64,000 nucleotides of DNA from assembly GCF_006345805.1 (NCBI RefSeq), contig NC_043008.1, positions 76,322,001-76,386,000 on the forward strand. The letters run 5' to 3'. The notes under the pieces are model-generated. The model ran no database searches, was not told where the DNA came from, and saw only the letters and a list, made by a program, of their open reading frames with translations. A program made the position numbers and the translations under genes. The DNA comes from Octopus sinensis. Lineage: Eukaryota. This document shows, piece by piece, positions 25,019 to 38,567 of this stretch; position 1 is the stretch's first letter, and the number at the start of each line of letters is the position of its first letter.

Positions 25019-26532
25019 TTGCTGTTATGTTAAACGCATCTCTAGCTACTTCGGATGCCAAGATATCAAAGATTATTAAAGTGTAATATAATTATTTTGC
25101 TATGGAATGGCGAAACTACTTTTTCGTCTTTTGAAAAAAATGTAGTGGTGCTATAATGTAACTAAGCCATTTTGTTCATTCAATAGAGTGAAGGATATAT
25201 GCTTGCATATTTTCCCCTTTTTTCTAATCTGGCCGAGGAAATCTCCTGTACTTAGAGTACATTCGTACTTCATACTTTATATGAACATTCACAAAATGCT
25301 ACTTTAATGCACCACCCCTCGAAATTATCTGGCAAACACTTGTTGACAATGGCAGTTTGTTCCTCTCTGAAGACGGGTTCAAATGAAACACTCTTCTCGG
25401 GGTCATTTAAAGTGTCTGCATGCATAGATATAGACAATTCTCCTCCTAATAGCCAGTGTCTGATAGTTGGTATCTGCTCTCCTTTTCAAGTTCAAGAGAG
25501 AATTCTTTAAAATGACCGTAAATTATGAACGGATTTCGATTTTTGTTAAACTTACTATGGAGTCAGCATTGCTGGAGCAGCCAACCAACTAGACGAGGGA
25601 CGTCCTTGTTTTCATTAAAGCTCATTGTTTTCAGTGTACAGTGTGTCATCCGATCCTCCTATTAATATATTCATATGGATATATGAATCAGTTGAACATA
25701 TAGACATGCGCTAATATGTGTTTATTAGATTTGCGGTGGCTAGCCATGTCTACAAAATGAGAATTACATTATTGAATACGATACATGAATTACTATGATT
25801 CATAAAATCTAAATGTAATATTGTTTTCAATTATTCCTTCGCAACTCTGCCATCATCCTTCTTGCATCGTTGATCAAATTCGATTAATATGTCGATTGCT
25901 GAAGCAGTGACAGAAATCAGCTAAAAGTCAAACGGGTGTCTTCAATCTTTCCGGAGTGAAAGTAATAAATTGAATGTTCCTTTGTATTATTTATCATGAT
26001 ATTATCATTAAGTGATACTTTCACACTGAGTATGTAGAACAAAGACTCCCTGTACTAAAGTTCACTGATATTTCTACTGATTATCAACAACTCACTGATA
26101 CATGAACTATAAGCATATACACAGTTTGGTATATGAACAATTATGCTACATTCAATGTCGAAGGTTCTATAGAGTCTTTTCATCTGCAGAAGATAGCAGT
26201 CCAGAAATCTTTCGCATCATATCGCACCGTCTTAGATAATAGCGTGGTTTTAAATACACTAACCTCGAAAAACATGGTAATTCCATGACTTGAATGATTT
26301 TCATCATTTTTTGCAGAATTAGAGGTAACTTAGGATTAACTAATAATACACACACATGTTATTTAAATATAAATTCTAAAATTTAAAAGAAATTGATATA
26401 ACGTGGAGTTATTGTGTGGTGAGATAGAGAAATACTTTGTGCTACAAATAATACTGAAGAAATGTGGAACATATTCTAATAAACTCTTCTCATAAACGTA
26501 TCATGTTAAAGCAGGTGGTTTAATATACCCAC

Positions 26533-26596
26533 CTGGGCCTTGGGTTCTACGTGTGCAGCTTGGACATTTGTTGTAAATATTCCGAACGTCTCCGAA
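26533..26596 (-). CDS. Candidate 64-nt exon
   Basis: Acceptor atattttattttcag, donor CAG|GTGGGT; open as FGDVRNIYNKCPSCTRRTQGP or SETFGIFTTNVQAAHVEPKAQ. Confidence 0.35.
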
Positions 26597-27388
26597 CTGA
26601 AAATAAAATATTTCCTCCTGCTAGTGTTGGATATTCTAAACAAATGACACACGTCATTTTTCTTTCTTCTCTAAGTCATATAAAAATAATGTCTTTGAAG
26701 TCATCAATAGGAATGTGGTTTCATATAGTAATTCAAGAAGCTTTCGCAGTAAAATATATTGCTGCTGCCTTTTGAGTGAATCGAATCCTCTCCTATAAGT
26801 TAATAAGACGTTGCCGGATAGCCTTGAACATATGTGTCCGATATTTCAAGCACTCCATCTTTACTAAGCTGCAAACATTATAGAGCAATTTCAAGCACCA
26901 CCTACATATTACCTGGCAGAAATTTGATGACATATTTGCAACCTAATTCATGTAAAGAACAATTACTATATTTAATTTTCTGCAGCACCAGAGTTTTCTT
27001 TTCTTTCTCTTCTATTTCAAGAATTTCTAAACTCTGCAAACTTAGCTCAATAGATTTAACATTTTGAGAACGGTCAAGTTATATCAAAAGTACAGCTGCA
27101 GAAATAGCATGTTGTGTTATCCTAATTCCCTTCTAATTAAATGTATATAGTTTCTTACTTATTATTAATTTCAGCTAATTATAACTAATCGTTTTCGTTG
27201 AAGAGCTCACAAATGAAATAAAGTTTAATTAACCAGGGAAATAAATCGAATATTTACGTGAGAGATATTCTTCAAATTAACCAACATCACTTACTGATAT
27301 CAAAAGTTATTATACTTTCGAAATACATTAAAATGTTATTCATGGAAGAAGGAACAGCTCTCTCTCTTTTACGTTTTCTTTTTGTATA

Positions 27389-27436
<48 letters not shown>

Positions 27437-27439
<3 letters not shown>

Positions 27440-27809
27440 GTTGTGTAATGAACTTGTTTCCCAACCACTTGATTCCAGGTACAGTCCCACTGCGTGGAAA
27501 TTTGGCAAGGGCTTTCTACTATAGCCTCGAGCCGACCAAAAACTTGTGAGTAAGTTTCGTAGATTGAAAATGAAAGAAGCCGGTTGTCTTTCTATCTATA
27601 TTTGCCCCCACCACTGCTTGACAACCGGTAATGGTGTGGTTACATCCCCATAACTTAGCGGTTCGGCAAAAGAAAAGGACAGAATAAGTACCAAGCTTAA
27701 AAAGACAATTTGTTGTGGGGTCGATTCATTTGACTCAAAAATTCTTCAAAGGGTGTCCAGCATGTCTGAAACAAATTAAAGATAAAAGATAAAAGATGAA
27801 AGATAAAAG

Positions 27810-27810
<1 letters not shown>
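27437..27810 (+). mobile_element. SINE family A, diverged
   Basis: cagtcccactgcgtgg, ctatagcctcgagccgaccaaa, cttagcggttcggcaaaag, (taaaaga)n tail. Confidence 0.85.
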
Positions 27811-27901
<91 letters not shown>

Positions 27902-27999
27902 ATATATATATATATATATACAATTGTAGCGTGGAAGATGATTGCAAGCCATTTAAGAACACACAAAAATCCGTTAGATTCACTTCAACATTTAAATTT

Positions 28000-29455
28000 A
28001 ATTTGTGTCAAAGTATTTTCTGACACAGCGAATTAGGAACAGAGAATTAGTGTGCCTCTCTACCGAGAAGTCTGGCAGCTGTGAGTAGACAGCCCACAGA
28101 ACTATGTCCAGATCATACAACAACACATCAGTAGCATGAGAGAAGTTGCACCACGGGGAGATGAAAGAGTGGAAAAACTCCTCAATGCACACATGCGAAT
28201 GTAGTGCAACACACTCCAACCAATAAAAAGGACGGCACACAATGTCTAAGCATCCAACAATGATGTTCCTACACCAAACGAGTTACGCAAAGACCACAAA
28301 CCCTGCATAAACCCTGTCATGGGGCCCCCAACCAAACCAGTCTGAGGAGCGAATATCTCCAGCAACTATAAACTTCCTACTTCCTCTCACAGGTATTATG
28401 AGAGGAGAGGGTGCATACTTAACGGACCGAACGCGTGATGTTAAATGGACTAGATGGATGACTATGTACGCGAACTACCGAGCGGATCCCGCTGTATAAG
28501 GCAGTGATCCACCTGCGGAAGACGGGACCGAAACCAGCCGCTCTAAGGCCAGCCTCCAAGTAACGATGGTCGAACCTATTGAAAGCTTTTGATTAATCGA
28601 AATTGATCTGCGCCACACCCATGCCTGGTTCCTTAACTACTTTATAATGTAGCGCATCAGATAGGGGATGTCATGGATACACCTGCTCGGTACGGCGCAA
28701 ATTTGCGTCTTGTCGACCAGTTTCTCGATGACAAGCGCTAGCCTCTCGGATAGCATGGCCAAAATCTTCAAATCTACGTTGAGCAGAGTGATAGGCCTAA
28801 AGTAATCTTTGACGTTTCCCTTGTTTGGAACTTTCTTTAGCAGTGCTACCGCTCCTTGGCTCACAAAACTGGGGATACTCCCGTTTTACTGCCAGTTGCA
28901 GTAGACTGCTGCCCAAACGCTTCCAAACAAGTCTGGCATATGACAATAAAGCATGTAGGGCAGACCACCCAAACCTGGTGACTTGTCTTTTGCGCAGCCT
29001 GCCATCGCAACCCGTACGTCTGCAGCCTCTCTTTCTGAGAATCGTGGCAGACCATGCAGGTAGGCACTAAAGTTCACCCTGCATTCCGACCCACCAGTTT
29101 TCCCGAACAGTCGGGCAAAGTGCTGTTGAAAGGCTCGAGTAATTTGCGCCCCTTTTCATATCAGAGACCTAATGGTGGGTTTGTTTCCTTGTTGCACCTC
29201 CAACACTCGGGCCTCTCGGGCGGCTCCAATTACTTCGTTTCTCAGAGCATGCATCATAGCTCTGACAATTCATCCTTCGTGTTTGGCGTTGAAGTCTTGG
29301 TCGAGGGCCAACCTGGCCGCCAGCACGTTGGACGCGATGCCACTTCTGTGTTCCTCTTCTAATTACTTAACTAGGTCTCCCTCTATTCTATTTCGATCTA
29401 TCGCTAGTGCTTTACTATATCTAACCGATTCTGCTTTAATTGCTTTCTTTAGAAC
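28000..29455 (-). mobile_element. Tx1/L1-clade LINE fragment
   Basis: KSPGL.GLPY..Y; GAVALLKK....FRPITLLNVDLKILA..L..RLA.VIEKLV...Q.CAVP.R; KAF.RFDHRYL..L.AAGFGPVF. Confidence 0.88.
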
Positions 29456-29510
29456 ATACTACCATCTATTGTTGAGGATAGATAGACAGACAGATAGACA
29501 CATAGAAAAG

Positions 29511-29618
<108 letters not shown>

Positions 29619-29713
29619 GTTGGCGAATAGACGGACAGTGAGACAGACAGACGGACAGAGTGACAGAAAGACGGACCGATGGACAAACAGACAGACTGAC
29701 AGACAGACACGAA

Positions 29714-29865
29714 CGGTTTCTCTCAGTTTCTGAGTACAGGATAAATCCACAAAGCTTTGGGCGGCCCGGAGATTTGGTAGATACACGCCCAAGATGCCAC
29801 GCAGTGAAACTGAACCCGAAAACTTTAAGTTGAAAGTCAAACTTCTTACCACATAGCCACACTTG
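29714..29865 (-). mobile_element. SINE family A, 5' half
   Basis: Reverse complement gtggctatgtggtaagaag..gggttcagtttcactgcgtggcatcttgggcgtg. Confidence 0.8.
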
Positions 29866-30144
29866 AGCTTTTATGCATTTGCGTATCTATGTATATATAT
29901 GCGTAAGTATATATGCCAGTAAGTTAGCATGTATAAATATCGGAGAAGTTCACCGTTTGTTTGCCTGTTGAAGTAACTTACGAAATTGCGTCATTTGAAA
30001 AAAATGCAGCATAGATTGTAGATTTTAAAATTGATGCCAAAAGTTACAGTTTATAATGTGTCAACAACCCATTTTCTTTTATTTCCTTTATGATGCTGAC
30101 ACTATTTATATCCTTCATACTAAAATCCTAGTCTAAAATTGTAG

Positions 30145-30425
30145 GATGGAATTCACTACACAGAGATCCATAGTTGTAGCGATGCAGTCACTTTGTTTAA
30201 GAAACTGGAGCAAATTCTCCTGCTTTGTGTTGAATATATTGTCAGTAATCCTGACTCTAGTTAGCCCAAACCAAGTTATAATGGGCTTAAGGAAAGAAAA
30301 TGCTGTGTTGATGTGTCTCCTAAAAGATTTTAAGTTGTACTGAAAGTAATCTTGAAAGACTACAAGAATAACCCAAACTTATGTGAGGATCTTGCTAAGG
30401 ACAGATTTAAAAGGCAAGTAAGCTA
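30145..30425 (+). mobile_element. Very degraded RTE-like LINE 3' fragment
   Basis: Traces of the G.RK..(R)PK...LK.Y...L.E.LAKDR.K tail motif. Confidence 0.4.
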
Positions 30426-30756
30426 ACAGCAGGGGATACAAGGTATTTAAATCAGCATGTATCTCTGTAACAGAGGCCGAAACGCAATTCACAAACCACC
30501 TCATAAACATCTTAGTATAACGTGTGTCAGTCCGTAGTAGTCTCTAACTAATACGTCTCTACAAGAATAGGCCTTCGGAGGTATAGCAGAACTCATAATC
30601 GATCAACACTATGCTTTCATTTATCTATGTATTTATAAAACTTAGTGTATATTTTCAATGTATAATTAATAATTAAATAGATATTGTGTTTATTATACAC
30701 ACAAAAAGATACACACACGCACACACGAACACACACATACATATATACGTATACTG

Positions 30757-30838
<82 letters not shown>

Positions 30839-31465
30839 GTATATATATACATATATGCATATTTATATATACATATATATATGTATATATACATATATGC
30901 ATATTTAGGTTTGCATTAACCATTATTTGCAGTCCTTATTACTTATGATTGTGTCATTTCAGCATGTGTTGAAATAAAATAGTTTAAATGGAACATTCAA
31001 TGCATCATGTTCCTCACCGCTAAGTGGGAAGCGAGGAGCTGTAAAGGGCATGCATAATGTTCCTTTCTCCAGTTTCAGCAGGTAAAATATAGACATGTGA
31101 GTATGTAATTTTTACCCCCTACCAAATATTCTATAAAATTCCTACTTTGAACTTAAACATATATAAACATAAACATGTACAACAAATATTAGTGTAATAG
31201 TGGTTTTATAATCAACATAGTATTTTTCGACAACGAAACCAGCAAGCAGGAACTTTACAAATGCAATCAGTACCTTATCGAAGGAGCTTTGCTTTTTTGT
31301 TAGAAAATGAATCCTTTCTTGTAGGTATGACTTAACTATGAAAAAGCAACTGATACCTAAATGCATATACATGCACACACATATATAGGTAGGCAGGTAT
31401 GAACAGATACATATATATGTATAAATTATATATATATATATATATATTATAATATATATATATAT

Positions 31466-31828
31466 AGGAGTGGCTGTGTGTAAGTAGCTTGCTAACCAAC
31501 AACCGGTTGCGGGTTCAGTCCCACTGCGTGGCATCTTGGGCAAGTGTCTTCTGCTATAGCCCCGGGCCGACCAATGCCTTGTGAGTGGATTTGGTAGACG
31601 GAAACTGAAAGAAGCCGTCGTATATATGTATATATATATATATGTTTGTATGTGTGTGTTTGTGTGTCTGTGTTTGTCCCCCTAGCATTGCTTGACAACC
31701 GATGCTGGTGTGTTTACGTCCCCGTCACTTAGCGGTTCGGAAAAAGAGACCGATAGAATAAGTACTAAAAGGTGGTGCTCCAGCATGGCCGCAGTCAAAT
31801 GACTGAAACAAGTAAAAGAGTAAAAGAG
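31466..31828 (+). mobile_element. SINE family A, near full length and young
   Basis: A-box-like GAGTGGCTGTGTG, B-box-like GGTTCAGTCCC, CORE-like gtggcatcttgggcaagtgtc, internal (TA)(TG) tract, (gtaaaaga)2 tail. Confidence 0.92.
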
Positions 31829-31971
31829 TATATATATATATATATATATATATAACTTCAGCAAAAATTTAGATTCAAATAAATATGGTACCAGAATTTT
31901 GTATGGTGTTATCCATAGAAATCCGTGGGGTGATTATAATCAAAATAAGCAACAAGAATGACTCCAGTAAT

Positions 31972-32057
31972 TTGGTACGATCGTTTCGTACTACATCATT
32001 TTATTAAATGTTTTAAGTATTACAACAGATTTCAAATGCCGAGTACTCATCACCCAA
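31972..32057 (-). ncRNA. Hammerhead ribozyme in 3' pLTR (C3->G)
   Basis: TTGG-GTGATGA-GTAC...GTAC-GAAA-CGATCG-TA-CCAA. Confidence 0.75.
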
Positions 32058-33319
32058 TTATAGAGGTTTTCCATTAATACAAACATTTTCATATCAAGTT
32101 GCAACATTATAGAGAAGGTAGATATATAGACAAAGATGTGGATTTAAATTTTAAGAACATTTGAGGAAGTGGGGCCCATCAACTGACTGACTAAGATTTG
32201 GTTGATCCAAATAACTGTAATGTTGTGAGAGAGAAGAATAAGTTGAAGGATACAATAAAGATATTCTAATTATAGAAATAGGGTAAAGGGGGTTTCAGAT
32301 TTCCATATAAGGAATTTATGTGGAAGACAGCATTGTCACTATTAAATGCCAGTTACTACTATTTGATGAACAGATTCGGCGTTAGGAGAACTAGGTCAAT
32401 GTCAAGAGGACACAATCACATTCACAAGGAGTCCAAAGACCTTACAAACCCTATGCACATCAACACAACAGTTTGTCTATCGAATAAAGGAAAAAATATA
32501 AATCTAAAATTTATTCAATTTAGAGAAGAAACTATCACTTCTTATGAGTAGGCATAGTACTTATTAACTGGGGGAAAAGTCTTATTAATCAAGTGAACCT
32601 ATTATGGGTCAAACTATATACTAAGAAAGATGGAAGAGGGAAAATCATAGAAAGAAGATTTAGAAGAATGTGATATTTTATAATATGAGGGGAGGTGATT
32701 TAGAAGAGTAAATTATTCAAATTTCATGGATAGTGAGTTGATATTAATGAATTAAAATATAGGATCTATTGGGGATAAAATTTACTACCTGCGGATAAAA
32801 GTTAATTAGTTGGGTTAAAATATCTTAGGTTAATTATATATTATGAAAAGAGAGTGAGATAATCAGGATGGACCAAATAGTTACCCTAGGGACATAGGAT
32901 TAATACGACTTAGTATTGGAGAACATTATAAAATGAAAAATTTAAATCTAAGTTTATAATGAAGTTCTTCTATCATTTATGAGTATTAAACTAAAACCAG
33001 TATGGTATATTCGTTCCTATTTGGTTAAATATATATTTTGTAAAGATATCTTGGAAGTGAGATAATCCAAGGTGAACCGAATAGTTTCTTTAGGGACATA
33101 GGATTCATACTATTTAGTATTCCTACTATTAGGGATTCTTACTATTTAGGATTCTAACTATTTAGATTCATACAGTTTAATTTTTTAGAGAAAAGAATTC
33201 AATTTTAAGTTTACAGTGAAGTTTTTTTAATCATCTATGAATGTTAAATTGAAAGCCAGTATGGTATATTCCTTCTTATTTGATTATAAAGAATTAAAAT
33301 TATTATTTAAAGTATTTAA

Positions 33320-33950
33320 ACGTTCGGGTTGTACGATGTATACAAGATACTCCCAGCTCCAAACGGTTATTTAACAGATTTGTATTACTCTGATGTTTCA
33401 AAATTTCATACGTTTCCATAGAACAAAGTTGACAACCATCCCTACTATTTCTATAAGGTTGCGCCCTTCTTACTATATCCCATTTTAGGTTGAATTCTAT
33501 ATTACTTGTTTTTTGTTAGATAATGTTGTGCAACCTGCCTTATGTTTGAGCCTAAAAGAGGGAAAATGATTGTTAAGACGTCTTTTAAAATCCACCGAAC
33601 AACCGAAATAAAGAAAGCTATTGTTAGAAGTTATTATTGTGCATTTATAAATCACGTTTTAGACCGAACAACGACCAGATACCGGACATTTTGATCTAAT
33701 CCAACAATTACAACTGGGGGATAGTGTCCAGTACTGGAATTATTTAAGGACAGTTCACTATCATTACTATTATTTAAATTATTTTTAGTATTAGTATTAT
33801 TTTCATTATTAGTAATTACGTTGTTATGCAAATTAGGATTACTAGTTATTAATCCATCCTCACCATCATCACCTACCATATACTACCTATAGTATAGGTA
33901 GTATAACAGTATTGGTACTGTTATTATCACTATTTACATCAATATTGTTA

Positions 33951-33983
<33 letters not shown>

Positions 33984-34049
33984 TATTATTATTATTATTA
34001 TTATTATCATTATTATCATCTTCATTATTAATATTATTTTTATTATTAC

Positions 34050-34085
<36 letters not shown>

Positions 34086-34305
34086 CATTATTATTATTAA
34101 TATTATTATTGCTATTTTTACAATTATTATTACTATCATTGCTGTTGCTATTCAATCTACTCCTGGCTAACTTAATGTTTTTACTATTAAGTCTAGCTAT
34201 TATGGTAGCCATATTTGGGAGAGTGGAATATGAAATTCTCACTGATCTCTTAGAAATTATTTTATGATATTTATGGGAGGCTGGGAACTTTTTTCCAGTA
34301 TACAC
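33320..34305 (-). pseudogene. PLE linker plus GIY-YIG endonuclease remnant interrupted by an Asn-rich (AAT)n expansion
   Basis: KKFPASHKYHKII..VRISYSTLPNMATII..LN; SCNCWIRSKCPVSGRC.V*NVIYKC..LYFGCS..FKRRLNNH..SFR; LKWDIV..A.PY..CQLC..E..LLNNRLEL..SCIH. Confidence 0.88.
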
Positions 34306-34692
34306 CTAAATCTACTGTACACATTCGTCGAAATCGAAAAATTAAAGGGGATATTTAGCCAGATGACATTTTCTCTTTTATATTTTTTGTTTAAGTAAGA
34401 GTGGGAAGGATTAGTATTATCAGTATTCATACGACAATTATTATTCCTTTTAGTACTATTTATTTATGATCTGTTTACTATTTCTATTCTTATAATTAGG
34501 TTTCTACACTAGGTTCTTTTCCTCTATTGATTTATGTTTATGTAGGGTATGAGAGTCTATATTACTTAAGTCATTTACATTCACTATGTTATTTAGGATA
34601 TTTAAGCTATCCCTATCTAGGAAGGTGATTTCCTGGTCATATCCAGCCTTAGATAATGCAACATTATAATGATTAGAGGAAAACCTCTATAA

Positions 34693-34778
34693 TTGGCTGA
34701 TGAGTACTCGGCATTTTAAATCTGTTGTAATACTTACAACATTTAATAAAATGATGTAGTACGCAACGATCGTATCAA
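34693..34778 (+). ncRNA. Hammerhead ribozyme in inverted pLTR (GAAA->GCAA)
   Basis: TTGG-CTGATGA-GTAC...tgttgtaa/tac/ttacaaca...GTAC-GCAA-CGATCG-TA-TCAA. Confidence 0.75.
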
Positions 34779-34807
34779 GTTACCGGAGTCATTCTTGTTG
34801 CTTATTT

Positions 34808-34852
<45 letters not shown>

Positions 34853-34920
34853 TTACTCTCATTTACTCCCGCCAGATGGGGTATTCTTTTTGATGAACCT
34901 TATTACACGGATCAATTCAG

Positions 34921-34955
<35 letters not shown>

Positions 34956-37423
34956 ATTCAGAGAGAGGAAGAGATAGAGAGTTAGTGTATGTAGTCGTTC
35001 ATTTATCAGTGGATAAATGTATATTTTAGGAACATATGTCTATGTTCCAGAATGTATATACGTACATAATATGTATGTGTCTACACTTTACAGACAATAA
35101 AATAGGTTTCTTGTGATTTTTATGCAAGTTCTTTGGGTAATGAGAATGCTAACCTATAATTTCTTTGAAGGTCTTTCATTCATCTGTGAGAAGAAGATAT
35201 AATTAATTTTGGTGTCATAATGTAACCTTTGAATCTTTAGTGATATTGAAATCAAAATAAATGTCAAGATGATTTTATCAATATCAATTCTACTTTAAAG
35301 CAATCAGTCTGCTACATCATAGTAAATTCAGATGAACATGACAGTGAAGACAAAACCCATTTATAAAAATAATTCATGAAAACCTATTGCAGTAAAATAT
35401 AAATTTTCTGATATCAATTTGCCACACACAAATAATATTACAATCACAAAATTTACAACTGAGAAATTCTTGTCTACATTCTTTTGGAAGTATCAGTACC
35501 ATTTTCATAAGTTTCTTTCTAACTTTTGGATTTCAGCAAACTTTGTTGGTGGAGCTAAGTCTGGATATATATTTCTGATTTCCATTCTTTTATCAAGTTT
35601 TCCGCTTTTTCTTAGATATCATGCACCTCATATGTTTATTAAGAAAGCTTAACCAAAGCCGCAAAAATAACGGCGATAAAATTTTGGAAATATCAGGCGT
35701 TTCATTTTAAAGTATCAATTAGTTTTGCGATTGCTATATAATCCCAATATTTTGAAGAGAGTTGATGTATCTTTCGTTCTGATGTATCCTTTTATAGCCT
35801 TTACGGTTTATGAGATAAGTAATACAATTAGCAAGGGAATTCTGAATAGGATTTAAAGTAAGGAAAAAGATAGCATTAATAAATACCCATGACCCAAGAG
35901 AGATAATAATGATATAATATTCAAAGCTGGGAAGAATAATTCCGAGTGAAGCTTTCAAAATATTATATTAAGCAGATAGATATGAAATTAAAATTGATGT
36001 CAGTTTTACTACGTCTATCTTTGAACATTTACTCCTAAGATGAGCAGATATTTTTTTCTCCTCAAAGAAAACACAGTTTTCGATATGAATGTAAATTCCT
36101 GTAAATTCTAATCGTCTGGAAAATATATTTATTTGCATTCCTTCAAACTCTAGCTGAAAACTAGTTATAAGTCATAAGCATACATTCCATTATCTCCATA
36201 TATTGCTGATTTGTTCTCTAAGGAAGTCGTTTTTTCTGTGTTTCCTTCAAAATATTGATTCTGATCGCAAGAAAAAAATATTATTACAATTTATTGATCC
36301 GAGCACTCTTTACATCTGTGCGACTGATTCCCCAATCAACATGTTTCAAGCATATTACATGTGTTCCGATGATGGCACGACCCAACCCCGAACAATATCT
36401 TCGAAATGTTTATAAATCCTGTGAACACTGAGCTTCATTTCCAATTATTTCTGACTAGTTCATTGTTTTCCTGTTAAGTCTATTGAAATTCCTTCAGTAC
36501 CTGTCTTTTTATTTTATTACTCATTGTTTCAAAAATTGTTTCCCTCCCCCTGTAGACTTCTTCGAAGTTCGAAATCCAAATTTACTTTCTTATGGTAAAT
36601 AGGGATTTATTTTATCAATATAGGGCAATACTATTTACATTCTCAAAGGGAAACTATAATATTGATATGTTATATTTTTGTACTTCAGAAGCAAATACAC
36701 ATGGCCATAAATTAATGTATACTCTGAGCTACTCATACATAGTTTTTAAACCAATACACAATTACTTACCATATTTTGTTTTTGTTTCCTCTCTTATTTT
36801 CACACAGCTTTCTAATTCACAAACTATTTACTCCTGCAGATTAATCTGAGCTTTCTTTTCCACTTAATGCTTTAAACCTTTTATAAATTATTTTTTAGAC
36901 ACAGACACACATCTGCGACCAGACACAGATGCACACACACACACACACACACACATACGTATGTGTGTGTGCGTGTGTGTGTGTATTTCTTTTAAATTGA
37001 ATTACATTTCACATTTCCGATTTAAGGCACGAATTAAAAACACAATTTTCACCATGTGGATTAAAATATATCGATTATTTTTTCTTAGCAATTAAAGACA
37101 CTTTACTACAGCTAACATCTCCTTTGCAGGATTTGCTATATTAAGCTCTTTGTCTTGATATAGCTGTGTTACATAGATGTTACATACAACGTATGTGTAT
37201 AAGATCTTTTCAAATGGGTTGGCTTTCACAAAGAATATATTGCTCTAAATTTACTTTATCGTAGCTAAATATAGATCCTACTATTTTTTATTTCTTAAAC
37301 AGTAGTTCTGTTTCACATTGATGGAAAACCAAAGACAAATATGCAGGGAATAATATTACATATACACCACTTAACTACCACTGTTGTATTATCATGCATT
37401 TTTGATATTACTTTTGACTCTAA

Positions 37424-37619
37424 GATAGCGAGCTGGAAGAGTCGTACGCTCGCTGGGCCTATGTTGAGCAGCTTTACGTCCTAAGTTCAAATTCCGCTGT
37501 GGTTGTGCCAGCCATCATTTTGGGGTCGATAACCATAAATACCAGTCGAGCACTGGCGTCGATGTAATCAACTTACTCTCACACCCGAAATTGCTGGCCT
37601 TTTCCCAAACTTTGAAATC
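37424..37619 (+). mobile_element. SINE family B (tRNA head, tttcatcctttcggggtcgataaa-type central domain), old
   Basis: gcgagctgg head, agttcaaattccg B-box, ggggtcgataaccataaataccag, gtcgatgtaatcaac. Confidence 0.75.
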
Positions 37620-38410
37620 GGTATGATATATCCTAATAATATATCGTTACCAGGATTTTTCTATAAAAGAATCTTTCACATATCTTCAGTTAACTACTTC
37701 ATAGCCGTCTTTGCAGATGTTCGAGATCAATAAGAAGTAATTATACTTAAAATGGAATGTATTTAAAAATAAAAAAAGTTTGTGACACCTTACATCATGC
37801 ATTTGTAATCCTCTCTCTGTGTGAGTGAGTCAGTGGGACAGAAACGGAACAATAGAAATTAATATAGTCTCTGGTAAACTTTCTTGTGCTTTGTGTGGAA
37901 TGAACTTCCATAGAATTTCTATTGTTTAAAATGGTGTTAATTTCATTTTCACACGTCATATTCAAGTACAGTATCCATGAAAGTCAAATAGCTATTTTCC
38001 AGTTACAAGAGTAAGACTTTCATTGGGAGTCTAAGATCACCAAGTTTAGTAATGTCACATGTACAACGGAGATTTCTCTGCATTGATAGACGGTGCACAG
38101 ATTAAACGCCAACCATCCTAAGGAGTTTCACTTTTGATATCCATGATGACTTTGAGATGTCACATGACAAAGGCACTGATCCTTAATTTTGTCTAGTGAC
38201 CATACCTCTGACTCCTACAGTAAAGGTGAGAGGACGATGACTCAGTACATTTTACGTCTTACATTCACGAAGATCTTTCTTTTATCTTTTCTATTCTATA
38301 TGTTTCTGTCATTAGACTGAGGTCACGTTAGGGTAGCGCCTTGCAGGGTTTAGTCAAGTAAATCAACCGGAAACTTATTTTTTATGCTGGTGGAGAGAAC
38401 ACCTACCACA

Positions 38411-38567
38411 CTCTGGCAGGTATCGCGATCGCAAGACTGACTCAGTTTCGAGCTATTTGCCTGATCCTCAATCACCAGCAACTGTAGGCCAGAGTGATAA
38501 CCAGAATCCGCTAACGCTAACAAATAGCTCGAAACTAAGTCTCATGATCGTGATAACTGCTAGAAGG
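38411..38567. repeat. 157-bp imperfect inverted repeat (~48-bp arms, 61-nt spacer)
   Basis: cagtttcgagctatttg / caaatagctcgaaactaa inner stem extends to ctggcaggtatcgcgatc / gatcgtgataactgctag. Confidence 0.8.

Larger units (their letters stand above)
31930..34810 (-). mobile_element. Second 5'-truncated Penelope-like element with inverted pseudo-LTRs
   Basis: Inverted repeats at ~31938-32075 and ~34675-34810 each carry a hammerhead; linker and GIY-YIG remnants lie between them. Confidence 0.88.

Noticed and set aside
26690-27300. Minus-strand frame of ~200 codons broken only by TAA/TAG (8 stops) and no TGA, suggesting a ciliate-like code or an LRR-like pseudogene (NCSLHELGCKYVIKFLP)
   Set aside because: At this AT content only about 3-4 TGA codons are expected, so zero in one of many frames and windows is unremarkable. 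No family-level similarity.
31073-31081. Plus-strand 9-nt micro-exon (ttcctttctccag|TTTCAGCAG|gtaaaa)
   Set aside because: Isolated and opposite to the other candidates; shows how easily strong splice pairs arise by chance here.
31466-31540. tRNA-like A/B boxes in SINE heads
   Set aside because: No cloverleaf; they continue into SINE bodies, so they are not tRNA genes.
33100-33175. Short tandem repeat considered as a CRISPR-like array
   Set aside because: The units are adjacent with no unique spacers, in a eukaryotic context with no cas genes.
35400-36420. Faint L1-RT-like words (SKGILNRI, YMCSDDG)
   Set aside because: Spacing and other RT motifs do not fit; cannot be supported by eye.
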